A stretch of 64,000 nt of DNA from Pseudomonas sp. (lineage in GTDB: Bacteria; Pseudomonadota; Gammaproteobacteria; Pseudomonadales; Pseudomonadaceae): positions 45,459-109,458 of the forward strand of contig DASVUK010000146.1 of assembly GCA_036387095.1 (NCBI GenBank). Direction: 5' to 3'. Positions 11,278 through 22,333 of the stretch are shown in pieces (within the stretch, counting starts at the first letter, position 1; each line of letters opens with the position of its first letter). Below the pieces are notes generated by a model that saw only the letters and a program-made list of their open reading frames with translations, was not told the DNA's origin and did no database searches. The position numbers and the translations under genes are program-made.

Positions 11278-11885
11278 AACTCAATGCCTTTTTGCGCACG
11301 AATCCCGGACTGGAAAGCGTGTTTAACCACTGTAATTTCGGACACCGTGTCAGCCATGTCGATCATCTCCGGCTTGGCGCCACGACCGGTGACGATGACG
11401 TGCTGCATCGGCGGACGGGCTTGCAGGTCGCTGAGCACCCGCTCAATGTCCAGATAGCCGTGCTTGAGGGCTATGTTCAGTTCATCGAGGATCACCATGC
11501 CGATGGCCGGATCACGGAGCATTTCCAGGGAAACTTCCCACGCGGCTTCGGCGGCAGCGATATCGCGCTGGCGATCCTGGGTCTCCCAGGTGTAGCCCTC
11601 GCCCATGACGTGATACCGAACCTGCTCGGGGAAACGTCGGAAAAAAAATTCTTCGCCGGTGCTGTTGCTGCCTTTGATGAACTGCACAACGCCGCATTGC
11701 ATGCCGTGGCCCATTGCCCGGGCTAGCATGCCGAAGGCAGAACTGCTTTTACCTTTGCCGTTGCCGGTGAGGACCAGCAGCAGCCCGCATTCATTGGGGG
11801 CGCTGGCAATGCGCTCGTCCATCACGGCTTTCTTGCGCAGCATGCGCGCCAGATGGCGTTCGTCGCGTTCGGGGGATTCGTTCAT
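11274..11885 (-). CDS. cobO: Cob(I)yrinic acid a,c-diamide adenosyltransferase
   Basis: TGNGKGKSSSAFG, VQFIKG, LDELN, VTGR and AQKGIEL; ATG at 11885 after GGAGAG. Confidence 0.95.
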   Translation of the reverse strand: MNESPERDERHLARMLRKKAVMDERIASAPNECGLLLVLTGNGKGKSSSAFGMLARAMGHGMQCGVVQFIKGSNSTGEEFFFRRFPEQVRYHVMGEGYTWETQDRQRDIAAAEAAWEVSLEMLRDPAIGMVILDELNIALKHGYLDIERVLSDLQARPPMQHVIVTGRGAKPEMIDMADTVSEITVVKHAFQSGIRAQKGIEL

Positions 11886-11994
11886 CTCAGCTCTCCGCTT
11901 GAGGCAGGCGAAAGCAGACGGCAGGCAACCGCAAATGACTGGCAGCACGACTTTCGTCATGCCCAGAGCATCGCCCGCCGTGATGCTGTTGAAT

Positions 11995-12200
11995 GGATCA
12001 GGCCGGTCTCCGGGCTCATGAGCGGGACATTCCCGGCTGTGCGCCTTCCCATGTCCATACAGACACAGTGGCATGTGGCACAGCGTTGACTCATCTACCG
12101 TTGCGGGGGCAGCACCGGGATTGGTCGCCATGGGCGTCCTTACCGGTTTCCCTGTTTCACTCAGCATTTGCTGCAGCGATTCAAAACGTAGCGAGCGACG
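11995..12200 (-). ncRNA. Cobalamin (AdoCbl) riboswitch
   Basis: Minus strand reads AAACAGGGAAACCGGT...AATCCCGGTGCTGCCCCCGCAACGGTA...GCCACTG...CATGGGAAGGC...GAGCCCGGAGACCGGCC (B12 box), directly upstream of cobO; ends approximate. Confidence 0.92.
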
Positions 12201-12447
12201 ACAAGACAAGGCGGAAACAGGCGAGAAAGCGGAGTTGAGGTTTCCTCAATGAGCATTCCGAGGCCGTTTCCAACGCGGTATTGTCGAGCGCAGCAGTTCT
12301 AAACGCTGCAGACCTGAGCACCTGAAACAAAGGGCGCAGGTTAGAGGGTTGGGGTTTGAGCGTCAATCAACACCGCAACAGGTTGAACCTCGAAAGCGCA
12401 GGCATCTCTATCTCTTACTGGACCACTGCCCCTTATGGAGATCGAAC

Positions 12448-13773
12448 ATGTTCAAGCTCAGACCACAGTTTGCGGTTTTGCTATTGGTTGCAGGAGGTCT
12501 TGCGGCCTGCGGCGAGTCTTCGACCCTGCAAGTCAACGACGGCACGGGGCCGACGCCCAAGCTCCCGGAACCGAACAAAACGCTGATCCCCACCGTCAAT
12601 ATTGCGCCGGCCGTGGGCTGGGCAAAAGGCGCCAGGCCGATCGCAGCGGCGGGCACTCAGGTCGCCGCATTTGCCGAGGACCTCGATCACCCGCGCTGGC
12701 TCTACGTACTGCCCAACGGCGACGTGCTGGTCGCCGAAACAAACTCGCCGCCCAAGCCAGACGACAACAAAGGTATTCGTGGCTGGGTCATGGGCAAGGT
12801 CATGGGCCGCGCCGGGGCGGGCGTGCCCAGCCCCAACCGCATCACACTGCTGCGCGACAAGGATCACGACGGCGTTGCGGAAACCCGCACGGTGTTCCTG
12901 GCAAACCTCAACTCGCCATTTGGCATGACCCTGGTGGGCAACAAGCTGTATGTGGCCGATACCGACCGGCTGATCAGCTTCCCGTATCAGGACGGTCAGA
13001 CCTCTATCAGCGCGCAGCCGACCAAGGTGGTCGACCTGCCGGGTGGCACGCTCAATCACCACTGGACCAAGAACGTCATCGCCAGCAAGGACGGCAGCAA
13101 GCTATACGTGACGGTGGGCTCCAACAGCAATTTTGCGGAAAACGGTCTGCCCGCTGAAGAAGGCCGCGCGGCGATCTGGGAAGTGGACGCGGCCAGCGGT
13201 GCTCATAGGATTTTTGCGTCAGGGTTGCGCAACCCCAACGGCATGGACTGGGAACCGACCACCGGCAAACTGTGGACAGCCGTCAACGAGCGCGATGAAA
13301 TCGGCAGTGATCTGGTGCCGGACTACATCACCTCAGTGCAAGACGGCGCGTTTTATGGCTGGCCGTTCAGCTACTACGGCCAGCATGTGGACGTGCGTGT
13401 GACACCGCAGAACCCGGAACTCGTGGCCAAGGCCATAGCACCGGATTACGCAGTTGGTCCACATACGGCGTCCCTTGGCCTGGTATTCGCGGATGGCAAC
13501 ACGTTGCCGGCGCCTTTTAATGAAGGCGCGTTCATCGGCCAGCACGGATCATGGAACCGCAAACCCCACAGCGGCTACAAGGTCCTGTTCGTCCCGTTTA
13601 GCGACGGCAAACCAAGTGGCGCACCGATTGATCTGCTCTCGGGCTTCCTTAATGCCGATGAAAAAGCACAAGGCCGCCCGGTCGGCGTCGTCAATGACAA
13701 GCAGGGAGGCTTATTGGTCGCGGATGACGTGGGGAACAAGATCTGGCGAGTGACTGCGGCGAAGGCGCAATAA
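12448..13773 (+). CDS. Sorbosone dehydrogenase family (beta-propeller) lipoprotein
   Basis: LAAC lipobox; [33 protein letters not shown] and GQHGSWNR. Confidence 0.85.
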   Translation: MFKLRPQFAVLLLVAGGLAACGESSTLQVNDGTGPTPKLPEPNKTLIPTVNIAPAVGWAKGARPIAAAGTQVAAFAEDLDHPRWLYVLPNGDVLVAETNSPPKPDDNKGIRGWVMGKVMGRAGAGVPSPNRITLLRDKDHDGVAETRTVFLANLNSPFGMTLVGNKLYVADTDRLISFPYQDGQTSISAQPTKVVDLPGGTLNHHWTKNVIASKDGSKLYVTVGSNSNFAENGLPAEEGRAAIWEVDAASGAHRIFASGLRNPNGMDWEPTTGKLWTAVNERDEIGSDLVPDYITSVQDGAFYGWPFSYYGQHVDVRVTPQNPELVAKAIAPDYAVGPHTASLGLVFADGNTLPAPFNEGAFIGQHGSWNRKPHSGYKVLFVPFSDGKPSGAPIDLLSGFLNADEKAQGRPVGVVNDKQGGLLVADDVGNKIWRVTAAKAQ

Positions 13774-13780
13774 GTAATGC

Positions 13781-13857
13781 TGCAGGAGCGAACTTGTTGG
13801 CGAGGCGACAGCCCTGTCTCCAGAGGACCTGAGCCTCGCCAACAAGTTGGCTCCTAC
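13781..13857. repeat. REPIN (inverted REP pair)
   Basis: TGCAGGAGCGAACTTGTTGGCGAGG ... CCTCGCCAACAAGTTGGCTCCTAC between convergent genes. Confidence 0.85.
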
Positions 13858-13875
13858 GTTGATATGGATAGCGGA

Positions 13876-14418
13876 CTACGGATTACGCGCCAGACTCGAC
13901 GGCTGTATTACGCGCTTGGCATTGAGATAGGCTTTCTGCCAATACGGTTTGTCCAGGCTGTCCAGCTTGACGGTGCCCCCCGTGGCTGGCGCATGCACGA
14001 AGCGCCCTTCCCCGACGTAAATCCCCGCATGACTGACCTGTGAGCCACCGCTGGTAGCGAAGAACACCAGATCACCGGTCTGCAACTGTTGACGTCCTAC
14101 GTTAGGGGCACGCATACCGATCATGTCCCGGGTCGAACGCGGCAAGGCGATGCCCGCGGCGTCGCGGTACACATAACCGATCAGACCGCTGCAATCGAAA
14201 CCGGAATCAGGGGTATTGCCGCCCCAATGATAAGGAGTGCCCACCAGACCGAGCGCGCGGAACATCACGTCTTCGATCGCTGGCGAGAACACTTCTGAAG
14301 GGGAGGCAAGCGCCGGACGCTGGACAATCCGGGGCTGGGGAGCAGGCGGCGGCGTGCTGGCGCAGGCGCCGAGCAAGGCAGCAAGAGTAATGACCGCGAG
14401 GCGTATCGTAATCGACAT
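13876..14418 (-). CDS. NlpC/P60 (C40) peptidoglycan endopeptidase lipoprotein
   Basis: LLGAC lipobox; GTPYHWGG, GFDCSG and SHAGIYVG. Confidence 0.92.
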   Translation of the reverse strand: MSITIRLAVITLAALLGACASTPPPAPQPRIVQRPALASPSEVFSPAIEDVMFRALGLVGTPYHWGGNTPDSGFDCSGLIGYVYRDAAGIALPRSTRDMIGMRAPNVGRQQLQTGDLVFFATSGGSQVSHAGIYVGEGRFVHAPATGGTVKLDSLDKPYWQKAYLNAKRVIQPSSLARNP

Positions 14419-14473
14419 AGACACAACAACCTGATCTGGATGCGGCTTGCTTTGCCGGGGGCGCTAAATGCGC

Positions 14474-14497
14474 AAAACAGGCTTATAGCCTGTTTTT
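14474..14497. terminator. Intrinsic terminator-like hairpin between the two NlpC/P60 genes
   Basis: AAAACAGGC-TTATA-GCCTGTTTT with A/T tracts on both sides. Confidence 0.6.
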
Positions 14498-14514
14498 GCA
14501 CGACACGGTAGTGA

Positions 14515-15195
14515 TTAGTGGCGACGCTTGATTGTTGTCGTCGTCATGGCGGTCGTCTGCGGTGCGATTGCAGGCGATTCCATGGCCAAGGCGCGCTTGG
14601 CTTCGATGAACGTCTTGCTCCAGTACACATCATCCAGACTGTCGACGCGAACACCGCCACTGCGACTGCTGCTGGAGTGGATGAACTGGTTATCACCCAG
14701 GTAAATGGCTGCGTGGCTGACGCGACCGCGACCGGCAGTGCTGAAGAACAGCAGATCGCCCGGTGCAAGATCGTTGCGTTTAACCAATGGTGCATCGATG
14801 TTGATCATGTCACGAGAAGAACGCGGCAGACTCATGCCCGCTTTTTCACGAAACAGGTAACCGATGAAACCGCTGCAATCGAACCCGGTGCTCGTCGAGG
14901 TACCGCCAAAACGGTAACGGGTACCGATCAGGGATTTGCCACGCTCAAGGATGCTGTCAGCCAACGCTGGCAGCTGGTATGGCTTGTTGTCGGCAAACCG
15001 GGCCAGTTCGGCTTCAGTTGCCAGCTCTTCCTGCAACACTGACCGATCGGAACGGCTCGCGGAGGACTGAGCAGTGATTTGGGTCTTGTACTGCTGTTGC
15101 TGCGTATCTTGTTGAGATACCGGCATATTGGCCGAGCAACCGAACAGCAGTGAAACGAGTGCGAGAGGCACGAGGGGTGCGAAGCGAGCTAGCAT
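14515..15195 (-). CDS. NlpC/P60 (C40) peptidoglycan endopeptidase lipoprotein
   Basis: LLFGC lipobox; GTRYRFGG, GFDCSG and SHAAIYLG. Confidence 0.92.
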   Translation of the reverse strand: MLARFAPLVPLALVSLLFGCSANMPVSQQDTQQQQYKTQITAQSSASRSDRSVLQEELATEAELARFADNKPYQLPALADSILERGKSLIGTRYRFGGTSTSTGFDCSGFIGYLFREKAGMSLPRSSRDMINIDAPLVKRNDLAPGDLLFFSTAGRGRVSHAAIYLGDNQFIHSSSSRSGGVRVDSLDDVYWSKTFIEAKRALAMESPAIAPQTTAMTTTTIKRRH

Positions 15196-15270
15196 GGGCA
15201 CGACCGTGGCTGAACTGTTAAGGTGGCGAGACTATGCCAACTATCATCCTCATTTGCAAATTCAATCGAA

Positions 15271-16035
15271 CTAAATGTGACTTACCAGTTCGCCCATGAC
15301 ATGTGCCGCTCGGCCCGCAAGAAACGCGTCCATATGCTGGCTCTGATCAGTGGGCGTCAAATTAATTTCCGCCGTAAAACCGCCGTAAACCCTTGCTCTG
15401 AATAGGGGTTCAAGGATGTAGGGGAAGCTTGCGGTCGTGCCGATACTGAGCACCGCATCGAAGCCTTTTGCCATCTCCCGATCCAGTGTTTCAAGGGTCA
15501 ATTGCGGCAACATTTCTTCGAATAAAACGACAGACGGTCGCAAAACGCCACCACAGCGGTGGCACAGAGGCGGCAATGGCCTGTCCAAGTGCGCGCTCAG
15601 TTCTGGATCTTGCGCGGCGCAGGATTGGCAATACAAAGGGGCCAGTTGACCGTGAATCTCAATGAGGCGCTCCGGCGGGCTGCCAGCGGCCCGATGATAG
15701 CCATCAACGTTCTGCGTCAGCACCCAGCAATCAGGCTTCATACGCTGCAACTGCGCGATGGCGTAGTGCGCGTCGTTGGGCTGCCCGCCCAGACACGCCT
15801 TGCCCAACTGCGCGATGTACTTCCAGCACAACTCGGGATCGCGGCGCAGCATCGGACCCGACAGCGCCATTTCGATGGGCAGCCCTTCGGCAGTCTGATC
15901 GTTGTACAAGCCGCCGATACCGCGATACGTGGGCAGACCGGAGTCAGCGGAAAGCCCTGCGCCAGTGATAATCAGAATCCGCTGTGCGTGGCGCAGCGCT
16001 GCCGCAACCTGAAGCACCAACGTGTGCTCTACCAT
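15271..16035 (-). CDS. SIR2-family NAD-dependent protein deacylase
   Basis: TGAGLSADSGLPTYRG, TQNVDG, EIHG, two CxxC pairs and LRPSVVLF. Confidence 0.92.
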   Translation of the reverse strand: MVEHTLVLQVAAALRHAQRILIITGAGLSADSGLPTYRGIGGLYNDQTAEGLPIEMALSGPMLRRDPELCWKYIAQLGKACLGGQPNDAHYAIAQLQRMKPDCWVLTQNVDGYHRAAGSPPERLIEIHGQLAPLYCQSCAAQDPELSAHLDRPLPPLCHRCGGVLRPSVVLFEEMLPQLTLETLDREMAKGFDAVLSIGTTASFPYILEPLFRARVYGGFTAEINLTPTDQSQHMDAFLAGRAAHVMGELVSHI

Positions 16036-16733
16036 CCCAGGGTCTCTTTAAGGAACGGAATGGTCAGTTTGCGCTGCGCCTGCAGCGAAGCCTGGTCAAG
16101 CCGCTCCAGCAGCTCGAACAGCGCGCTCATGCTGCGTGTGCCACGCGTCAGGATGAAATGCCCGACTTCGTCTGTCAGGTGCAGGCCGCGGCGTGAAGCA
16201 CGCAATTGCAAGGCGCGCAGTTTGTCTTCGTCTGACAGCCCACGCATCTGGAACACCAGGGCCATGGTCAGGCGAGATTTGAGATCGGGGAGTTTTACGG
16301 GCAGTTCGCGAGGCGATTGGGATGCTGCAATCAATAGGCGGCGGCCGCTGTCCCGCAGACGATTGAACAGGTGGAACAAGGCTTCTTCCCACTCCGGCTT
16401 GCCGACAACCGCTTGCAGGTCGTCCAGGCACACCAGTTCGTACTGTTCAAGGTTGTCGAAGAGCTCGACACCTTCATCGATGACCTCAGCCAGTGGCAGG
16501 TAAACCGCCGGCTCACCCATTTGCTCGAATCGCAGACAAGCCGCCTGCAACAAGTGAGTACGCCCCACTCCATCCTTGCCCCAGAGATAAATCAGGCTTT
16601 CGGTCCAGCCTGCGTCGGCTTCGCACAGCCGCTCCACGTAGCCGAGTGCGGCGGCGTTGGCGCCGGGATAGTAGTTGATAAAGGTGGCGTCATCACGCAG
16701 ACGCACACCCAGGGGCAGCTGAATCGGTTTCAT
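16029..16733 (-). CDS. hda: DnaA regulatory inactivator Hda
   Basis: QLPL clamp-binding motif, YLWGKDGVGRTHLL, LDDL and DLKSRL. Confidence 0.95.
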   Translation of the reverse strand: MKPIQLPLGVRLRDDATFINYYPGANAAALGYVERLCEADAGWTESLIYLWGKDGVGRTHLLQAACLRFEQMGEPAVYLPLAEVIDEGVELFDNLEQYELVCLDDLQAVVGKPEWEEALFHLFNRLRDSGRRLLIAASQSPRELPVKLPDLKSRLTMALVFQMRGLSDEDKLRALQLRASRRGLHLTDEVGHFILTRGTRSMSALFELLERLDQASLQAQRKLTIPFLKETLGW

Positions 16734-16960
16734 GCTGGCTGAACAGCTCATGTGAGCCGTTAGGGGCCTCTGTGTAAAGTGCGCAAAGTTTATACCCGTG
16801 ACGCTGGCCACACAATGCGCGAGACCATAAGGAAAATCAAAGGTTTGCGTGATCCGGGCAATCGTAAACAAATGCCGGCAGCAGCCAACGGGTTGGTGAG
16901 GCGGTAGCCGTGTCAGCGTTTCGCCATCCCGTTGACGCCTACAAGTACTGAGCGATCCCT

Positions 16961-18034
16961 CTAAAGATCCGGGTCTTCCATGCCGCCATAAATATCCGAA
17001 TCCTTATAAAGGTCATGAACATGACGCACCAGAACCATGATGACTGCCGCTACCGGCAGTGCCAGCAGAATGCCGGTGAAACCAAACAGTTCGCCACCCG
17101 CCAGGATCGCGAAGATTACCGCGACGGGGTGCAGGCCGATCCGGTCTCCCACCAACAGCGGCGTGAGCACCATGCCTTCCAGAGCCTGGCCGACCATGAA
17201 CACCGCAACAATACCCATCATCGGGTACAGGTCGCCGCCAAACTGGAACAAGCCGGCAATAAGCGCCGCGCCGATACCGATCACGAAGCCCATATAAGGA
17301 ACAATGGCCGCCAGCCCGGCGATCACCCCGATCAACAGGCCCAGTTCCAGGCCTACCAGCATCAGTCCAGCCGCGTAGATAATTCCCAGCGCTACCATGA
17401 CCAGTAACTGGCCACGGATAAACGCGCCCAGCACTTCATGACATTCACCGGCAAGCTTGACCACTTGCCCTTCACGATGACGAGGCAGCAGGCTACGCAC
17501 CTTGCCCATCATCACGTCCCAGTCGCGCAGCAGGTAGAAGCACACCACCGGAATGAGGACGAGGTTGGTGATCCAGCCGATCAGTGCCAGGCTCGACGCA
17601 GTGGCTTTGGACAAGACAATACCAACGATGTCGCCGGTCTGACCCATGTGCTCGGAAATCGCCGCTTTGACCTTGTCGAATTTCCAGAAGCCATCGGAAA
17701 GCCCGAATTTAGCCTGAGCCCACGGCAGCGCCGTATGCTGCAACCAGTCGAGCATTTGCGGTGCCAGCTCATAGAGACGAAACAGTTGCTTGGCCAGCAT
17801 TGGCACCAGCACCAGTAGCAACGCTAGCAGGATCAAGGTAAACAGCGTGAATACCGCCACCACGCTCAAGGTCCGCGACAGGCCAGCCTTCTCCAGCCGA
17901 TCGGCCAGCGGATCGCCCATATACGCCAGCAGCAGCGCTACCAGAAACGGCGTCAGGATCGCATGCAACAGGTAAACAAACAGGATCAGCAGGACAATCC
18001 CGCCGAGCCAGAACCAGCGCCGTGTGTCAGTCAT
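16961..18034 (-). CDS. AI-2E family transporter
   Basis: Polytopic membrane protein with LLAYMGDP, FIRGQ, IVPYMG and LHPVAVIFAILAGG. Confidence 0.9.
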   Translation of the reverse strand: MTDTRRWFWLGGIVLLILFVYLLHAILTPFLVALLLAYMGDPLADRLEKAGLSRTLSVVAVFTLFTLILLALLLVLVPMLAKQLFRLYELAPQMLDWLQHTALPWAQAKFGLSDGFWKFDKVKAAISEHMGQTGDIVGIVLSKATASSLALIGWITNLVLIPVVCFYLLRDWDVMMGKVRSLLPRHREGQVVKLAGECHEVLGAFIRGQLLVMVALGIIYAAGLMLVGLELGLLIGVIAGLAAIVPYMGFVIGIGAALIAGLFQFGGDLYPMMGIVAVFMVGQALEGMVLTPLLVGDRIGLHPVAVIFAILAGGELFGFTGILLALPVAAVIMVLVRHVHDLYKDSDIYGGMEDPDL

Positions 18035-18086
18035 CAAAGCCCCTCAACTCCATAAAATGCAACATCGTTTGAATCATCACTGCCGC

Positions 18087-19154
18087 TTACCAGCGAAAGT
18101 GCAATTGTGGCCCGGTCGCCGGCACGATCAAGGGCGCGGCACCCGGTACAGCGCTCGTACCGTCGACTGGCGAGGCAGCCGACGGTGCGGGAGCGACCTC
18201 GCTGGCCGGCACTTCCTGCAGCTTGGCCAGAGCCAACTGCGAACGTAGTTGATCGGCGTTCGCACTGACTTCATACGTAATCCGATCACCCTCAACGGAT
18301 TTGAGACGCGCGCCAAACGGTTCAAGCAAGCGCATCAACTGCGCGTAGCGTTCCAGATTCATACCCTGCACTTGCAGGGACAAACCGCTGGCGGCCCCTG
18401 GCTTGACCACGAAACGCGGCGCCAGACGCTGACTGACAGCCAACAGCACGGCATCGGCCAGTGCCTCGGAGGTAGCGCCGGTGGCGCTACCTTGCTCACG
18501 TTGATCGCCCAGCCACAAACGCCATTTACCCTGCCACTGACCGCCCTCTTCCCTGGCATGAACCGCCAGCAAGGCGTCGGCACCATAACGCTCGGACGCT
18601 TCCTTGAGCGGAGTCACATCGGTGCCTTCAAGATTCTTGGCCGTACCAACGCCCTGCTCGCCAAGATCGGCCAACGGCAAGCGCAACGGTAATCCGCGAT
18701 GCTGGGCTGCACGACGCAGCGGTTCGGCAGCACTCTGGCCATCACCCACAAGATTCGATCCGTCGGTTGCATCATTGAGCCACCAGCCGAGGATAGTCGG
18801 CCGATTACTGCCCCAAATGGGCAAGCCAGCCTGTCGCAACGAACGGTCGGTACTGGCTGGATCGAAATCCACCAGCAACGACTCTGGAGGGCCGGCCTCG
18901 TATCCGAACTGACTGATGATTTGCTGCGGGTTCTTGCGCAGTTCGGCCAGAGCCGATCCCTGCACCGCCTTGCCATCGCCGGTCAGGCGCACAACCAGCG
19001 TCTCAAGGGCTGCCTGGGTTGCGCGCGTGCGCTCATCCGGCGTCTGGCCGCTGACCGGCTCACGCACTTGATAAAGATTGTTCACGGTTTCGGCAAACGC
19101 TGGCAGACAGATGAACGACAGGCAGCTGGCGAAGAAGAGTTTTGACAGACCCAT
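18087..19154 (-). CDS. DUF2066-domain exported protein
   Basis: Signal peptide, VVRLTG, LPIWGSNRP and RGLPLRLPLAD; usual neighbour of purM. Confidence 0.8.
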   Translation of the reverse strand: MGLSKLFFASCLSFICLPAFAETVNNLYQVREPVSGQTPDERTRATQAALETLVVRLTGDGKAVQGSALAELRKNPQQIISQFGYEAGPPESLLVDFDPASTDRSLRQAGLPIWGSNRPTILGWWLNDATDGSNLVGDGQSAAEPLRRAAQHRGLPLRLPLADLGEQGVGTAKNLEGTDVTPLKEASERYGADALLAVHAREEGGQWQGKWRLWLGDQREQGSATGATSEALADAVLLAVSQRLAPRFVVKPGAASGLSLQVQGMNLERYAQLMRLLEPFGARLKSVEGDRITYEVSANADQLRSQLALAKLQEVPASEVAPAPSAASPVDGTSAVPGAAPLIVPATGPQLHFRW

Positions 19155-19503
19155 GGACAGTTCCCGAGCAGAAAAAGCGGCAGAAAAATAACCGTAATAA
19201 GATAGCTGGCTTGCCTGAGACCGCAGACCAAAGCCATTCATTCAAATTCAAGTGCAGGCTACACCTTATAGATGCGCCGCCACACGAGCCAGCAGCGCCA
19301 AGACCCGGTTTATTTTCTCAAGATCAAGCCAGCCCGTCGGCCTAAGGATGGCCGCTGCCGCTCAAGCCTGATAAAATCGCGCGCCTTCGCAGACTGGCGA
19401 TGGTGGCGGCCCCGAAAACTGTGTTGCATGCAGATGCAGTTTTTCCCTGAGGCCCCGCCGTTTTCCGTCGACCCCACCCGAATCCCCCCTAAAGGCCTGG
19501 ATT

Positions 19504-20562
19504 ATGAGCAAGCAACCCTCCCTGAGCTACAAAGACGCCGGTGTAGACATCGACGCCGGCGAAGCATTGGTCGAACGCATCAAGAGCGTTGCCAAGCGCA
19601 CCAAGCGGCCGGAAGTCATGGGCGGTCTGGGTGGCTTCGGCGCCCTCTGCGAAATCCCGGCAGGCTACAAGCAACCAGTACTGGTTTCCGGTACCGACGG
19701 CGTGGGCACCAAGCTGCGCCTGGCGCTGAACCTGAACAAGCACGACACCATCGGCATCGATCTGGTCGCCATGTGCGTCAACGACCTGGTGGTCTGCGGC
19801 GCAGAGCCGTTGTTCTTCCTGGATTACTACGCCACCGGCAAACTCAATGTCGACACCGCTGCCCAGGTTGTGACCGGCATCGGCGCTGGCTGTGAACTGG
19901 CGGGTTGCTCGCTGGTGGGCGGCGAAACCGCTGAAATGCCTGGCATGTACGAAGGCGAAGACTACGATCTGGCTGGCTTCTGCGTGGGCGTCGTCGAAAA
20001 AGCCGACATCATCGACGGTTCCAAGGTTGCCGCCGGTGACGCGCTGCTCGCCCTGCCATCTTCCGGCCCGCATTCCAATGGCTATTCGCTGATCCGCAAG
20101 ATCATCGAAGTGGCCGGTGCCGACATCGAAAACATCCAGCTCGACGGCAAGCCGCTGACCGAACTGCTGATGGCGCCGACCCGCATCTACGTCAAGCCTC
20201 TGCTGAAACTGATCAAGGACACTGGCGCTGTCAAAGCCATGGCCCACATCACTGGCGGCGGTCTGCTGGACAACATCCCGCGCGTGCTGCCAGCAGGCGC
20301 TCAAGCCGTGGTTGACGTGGCCAGCTGGCAGCGTCCGGCGGTATTCGACTGGCTGCAGCAGCAAGGCAATGTCGCTGAAAACGAAATGCACCGCGTGCTA
20401 AACTGCGGCGTGGGCATGGTGATCTGCGTGGCTCAGGAGCACGTCGAAACGGCGCTGAACGTATTGCGTGAAGCGGGCGAGCAGCCGTGGGTGATCGGCC
20501 AGATCGCGACTGCCGCCGAGGGCGCCGCACAGGTTGAGCTGAAAAACCTCAAGGCACACTGA
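19504..20562 (+). CDS. purM: Phosphoribosylformylglycinamidine cyclo-ligase
   Basis: [40 protein letters not shown] and AHITGGG. Confidence 0.98.
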   Translation: MSKQPSLSYKDAGVDIDAGEALVERIKSVAKRTKRPEVMGGLGGFGALCEIPAGYKQPVLVSGTDGVGTKLRLALNLNKHDTIGIDLVAMCVNDLVVCGAEPLFFLDYYATGKLNVDTAAQVVTGIGAGCELAGCSLVGGETAEMPGMYEGEDYDLAGFCVGVVEKADIIDGSKVAAGDALLALPSSGPHSNGYSLIRKIIEVAGADIENIQLDGKPLTELLMAPTRIYVKPLLKLIKDTGAVKAMAHITGGGLLDNIPRVLPAGAQAVVDVASWQRPAVFDWLQQQGNVAENEMHRVLNCGVGMVICVAQEHVETALNVLREAGEQPWVIGQIATAAEGAAQVELKNLKAH

Positions 20563-21212
20563 TGCCTGCAACCTGTGATGTGGTGGTGCTGCTCTCCGGC
20601 ACCGGCGGCAACCTGCAAGCCATGATCGACAGCTTCGAGGACGGGAAAAGCCCTGTCCGCATTCGCGCGGTGATCTCCAACCGCGCCGATGCTTTCGGCC
20701 TGCAGCGCGCCCGCGATGCCGGCATCGAAGCCTGTGTTCTGGACCACAAGGCCTATGACGGTCGCGAGACCTTCGACGCCGCACTCATCGAACTGATCGA
20801 CACCTTCGAGCCACAGCTTGTCGTGCTGGCTGGTTTCATGCGCATCTTGAGTGCCGGGTTCGTTCGGCACTATCAAGGCCGTCTGTTGAACATCCACCCT
20901 TCCCTGCTTCCTCTTTATAAAGGCTTGCACACCCATCAACGGGTGCTGGATGCTGGTGACGCCGAGCATGGCTGCAGCGTGCATTTCGTCACCGAGGAAC
21001 TCGATGGAGGACCGCTGGTCGTACAGGCAGTTATTCCGGTAGAGTCCGACGACTCTCCGGCAAGTCTGGCGCAACGCGTCCACGCCCAGGAACATCAGAT
21101 CTATCCGCTGGCCGTCCGCTGGTTTGCCGAGGGCCGCTTGAGCCTTGGTGAAGAAGGTGCATTATTGGACGGTCAGTTACTCGCGGCTCATGGCCACTTG
21201 ATACGAACCTAG
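20562..21212 (+). CDS. purN: Phosphoribosylglycinamide formyltransferase
   Basis: SGTGGNLQA, LAGFMRIL, NIHPSLLP and ELDGGP. Confidence 0.97.
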   Translation: MPATCDVVVLLSGTGGNLQAMIDSFEDGKSPVRIRAVISNRADAFGLQRARDAGIEACVLDHKAYDGRETFDAALIELIDTFEPQLVVLAGFMRILSAGFVRHYQGRLLNIHPSLLPLYKGLHTHQRVLDAGDAEHGCSVHFVTEELDGGPLVVQAVIPVESDDSPASLAQRVHAQEHQIYPLAVRWFAEGRLSLGEEGALLDGQLLAAHGHLIRT

Positions 21213-21220
21213 GAGATATT

Positions 21221-21934
21221 ATGCGTCGCGCTTTGCTGTTCGCTTTTGCTCTGCTCGCACTGCCGGCCGCTCACGCCGCAGACCTGCAACCCTTCTCCGC
21301 CAGCTATACCGCCGACTGGAAGCAACTGCCCATGAGCGGCACTGCCGAGCGCAGCCTGGCAGCCGGTCCGAACGGGACCTGGACCTTGAATTTCAAGGCT
21401 TCCATGATGATCGCCAGCCTGACTGAGGTCAGCACGCTGAAAGTCGACAAAGACGTACTGCTGCCGCAAACCTATAACTTTGAGCGTGGCGGTCTGGGTA
21501 AATCCAAGAAAGTCGATCTGGCTTTCGACTGGTCCACCAAATTCGTCACCGGCACTGATCGCGGTGATGCGATCAAGCTGCCCATCAACCGCGGCATTCT
21601 CGACAAGTCCACCTACCAGCTCGCCTTGCAGCACGATGTTGCCGAAGGCAAGAAGAGCATGAGTTATCAGGTAGTCGATGGCGACGAGATCGACACCTAT
21701 GATTTCCGCGTTCTGGGCTCGGAGAAGGTCGCTACCAAAGCCGGCCAGGTCGATGCCATCAAAGTCGAGCGCGTGCGCGACCCAACGCAAAGCAAGCGCA
21801 TCACTGTGCTTTGGTTCGCCAAAGATTGGGATTATCTGCTGGTTCGCCTGCAACAGGTCGAAACCGATGGCAAGGAATACAACATCATGCTGCAAGACGG
21901 CACGGTGAATGGCCGAGCGGTGAAAGGTAGCTAA
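21221..21934 (+). CDS. DUF3108-domain exported protein
   Basis: Signal peptide, beta-rich body and LWFAKDWDYLLVRL; conserved position after purN. Confidence 0.75.
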   Translation: MRRALLFAFALLALPAAHAADLQPFSASYTADWKQLPMSGTAERSLAAGPNGTWTLNFKASMMIASLTEVSTLKVDKDVLLPQTYNFERGGLGKSKKVDLAFDWSTKFVTGTDRGDAIKLPINRGILDKSTYQLALQHDVAEGKKSMSYQVVDGDEIDTYDFRVLGSEKVATKAGQVDAIKVERVRDPTQSKRITVLWFAKDWDYLLVRLQQVETDGKEYNIMLQDGTVNGRAVKGS

Positions 21935-21953
21935 CAGCCGCCCGACTGTAATC

Positions 21954-21984
21954 AAAGAGCCCCGCCATCGTGCGGGGCTTTTTT
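21954..21984 (+). terminator. Rho-independent terminator after purMN-DUF3108
   Basis: AGCCCCGC-CATCGT-GCGGGGCT followed by a T-tract. Confidence 0.85.
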
Positions 21985-22051
21985 GTAAAGAAAATTGGTT
22001 GGAGCGCGATGCAGCCATCCTCGGTGAGCTCCAGGACAGGAACATCAATCC

Positions 22052-22129
22052 TGTAGGAGCGAACTTGTTCGCGAGACGGCATCAAGGGCAACACAGGACC
22101 GTCGCCTCGCCAACAAGTTGACTCCTACA
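22052..22129. repeat. REPIN
   Basis: TGTAGGAGCGAACTTGTTCGCGAG ... CTCGCCAACAAGTTGACTCCTACA. Confidence 0.85.
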
Positions 22130-22333
22130 GGTTCTGCGCAGGCTGCGGCCACATGAAACAATCTTCATTTAGCCGTTGCCCCCGCTCCAGCCCTCATAAA
22201 TCAAGGCCTGCAACGTGTCGCCGATCCAAACCCCCGCAACATGAAAAAACCAACTATTTACTTAGCCAGCTAACAAACTCTATAACTGGGGCCTGCGACA
22301 CATCGCCGCAGCCTCAAGTCAGGAGCCTGAACC

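Noticed and set aside
11886-12209. N-terminal extension of cobO in the ORF track
   Set aside because: It runs through the cobalamin riboswitch; the real start is ATG 11885 with an RBS.
15271-16035. SIR2 protein as an anti-phage (Thoeris/DSR-type) effector
   Set aside because: It is a canonical Zn-binding sirtuin deacylase coupled to hda, with no defence partners nearby.
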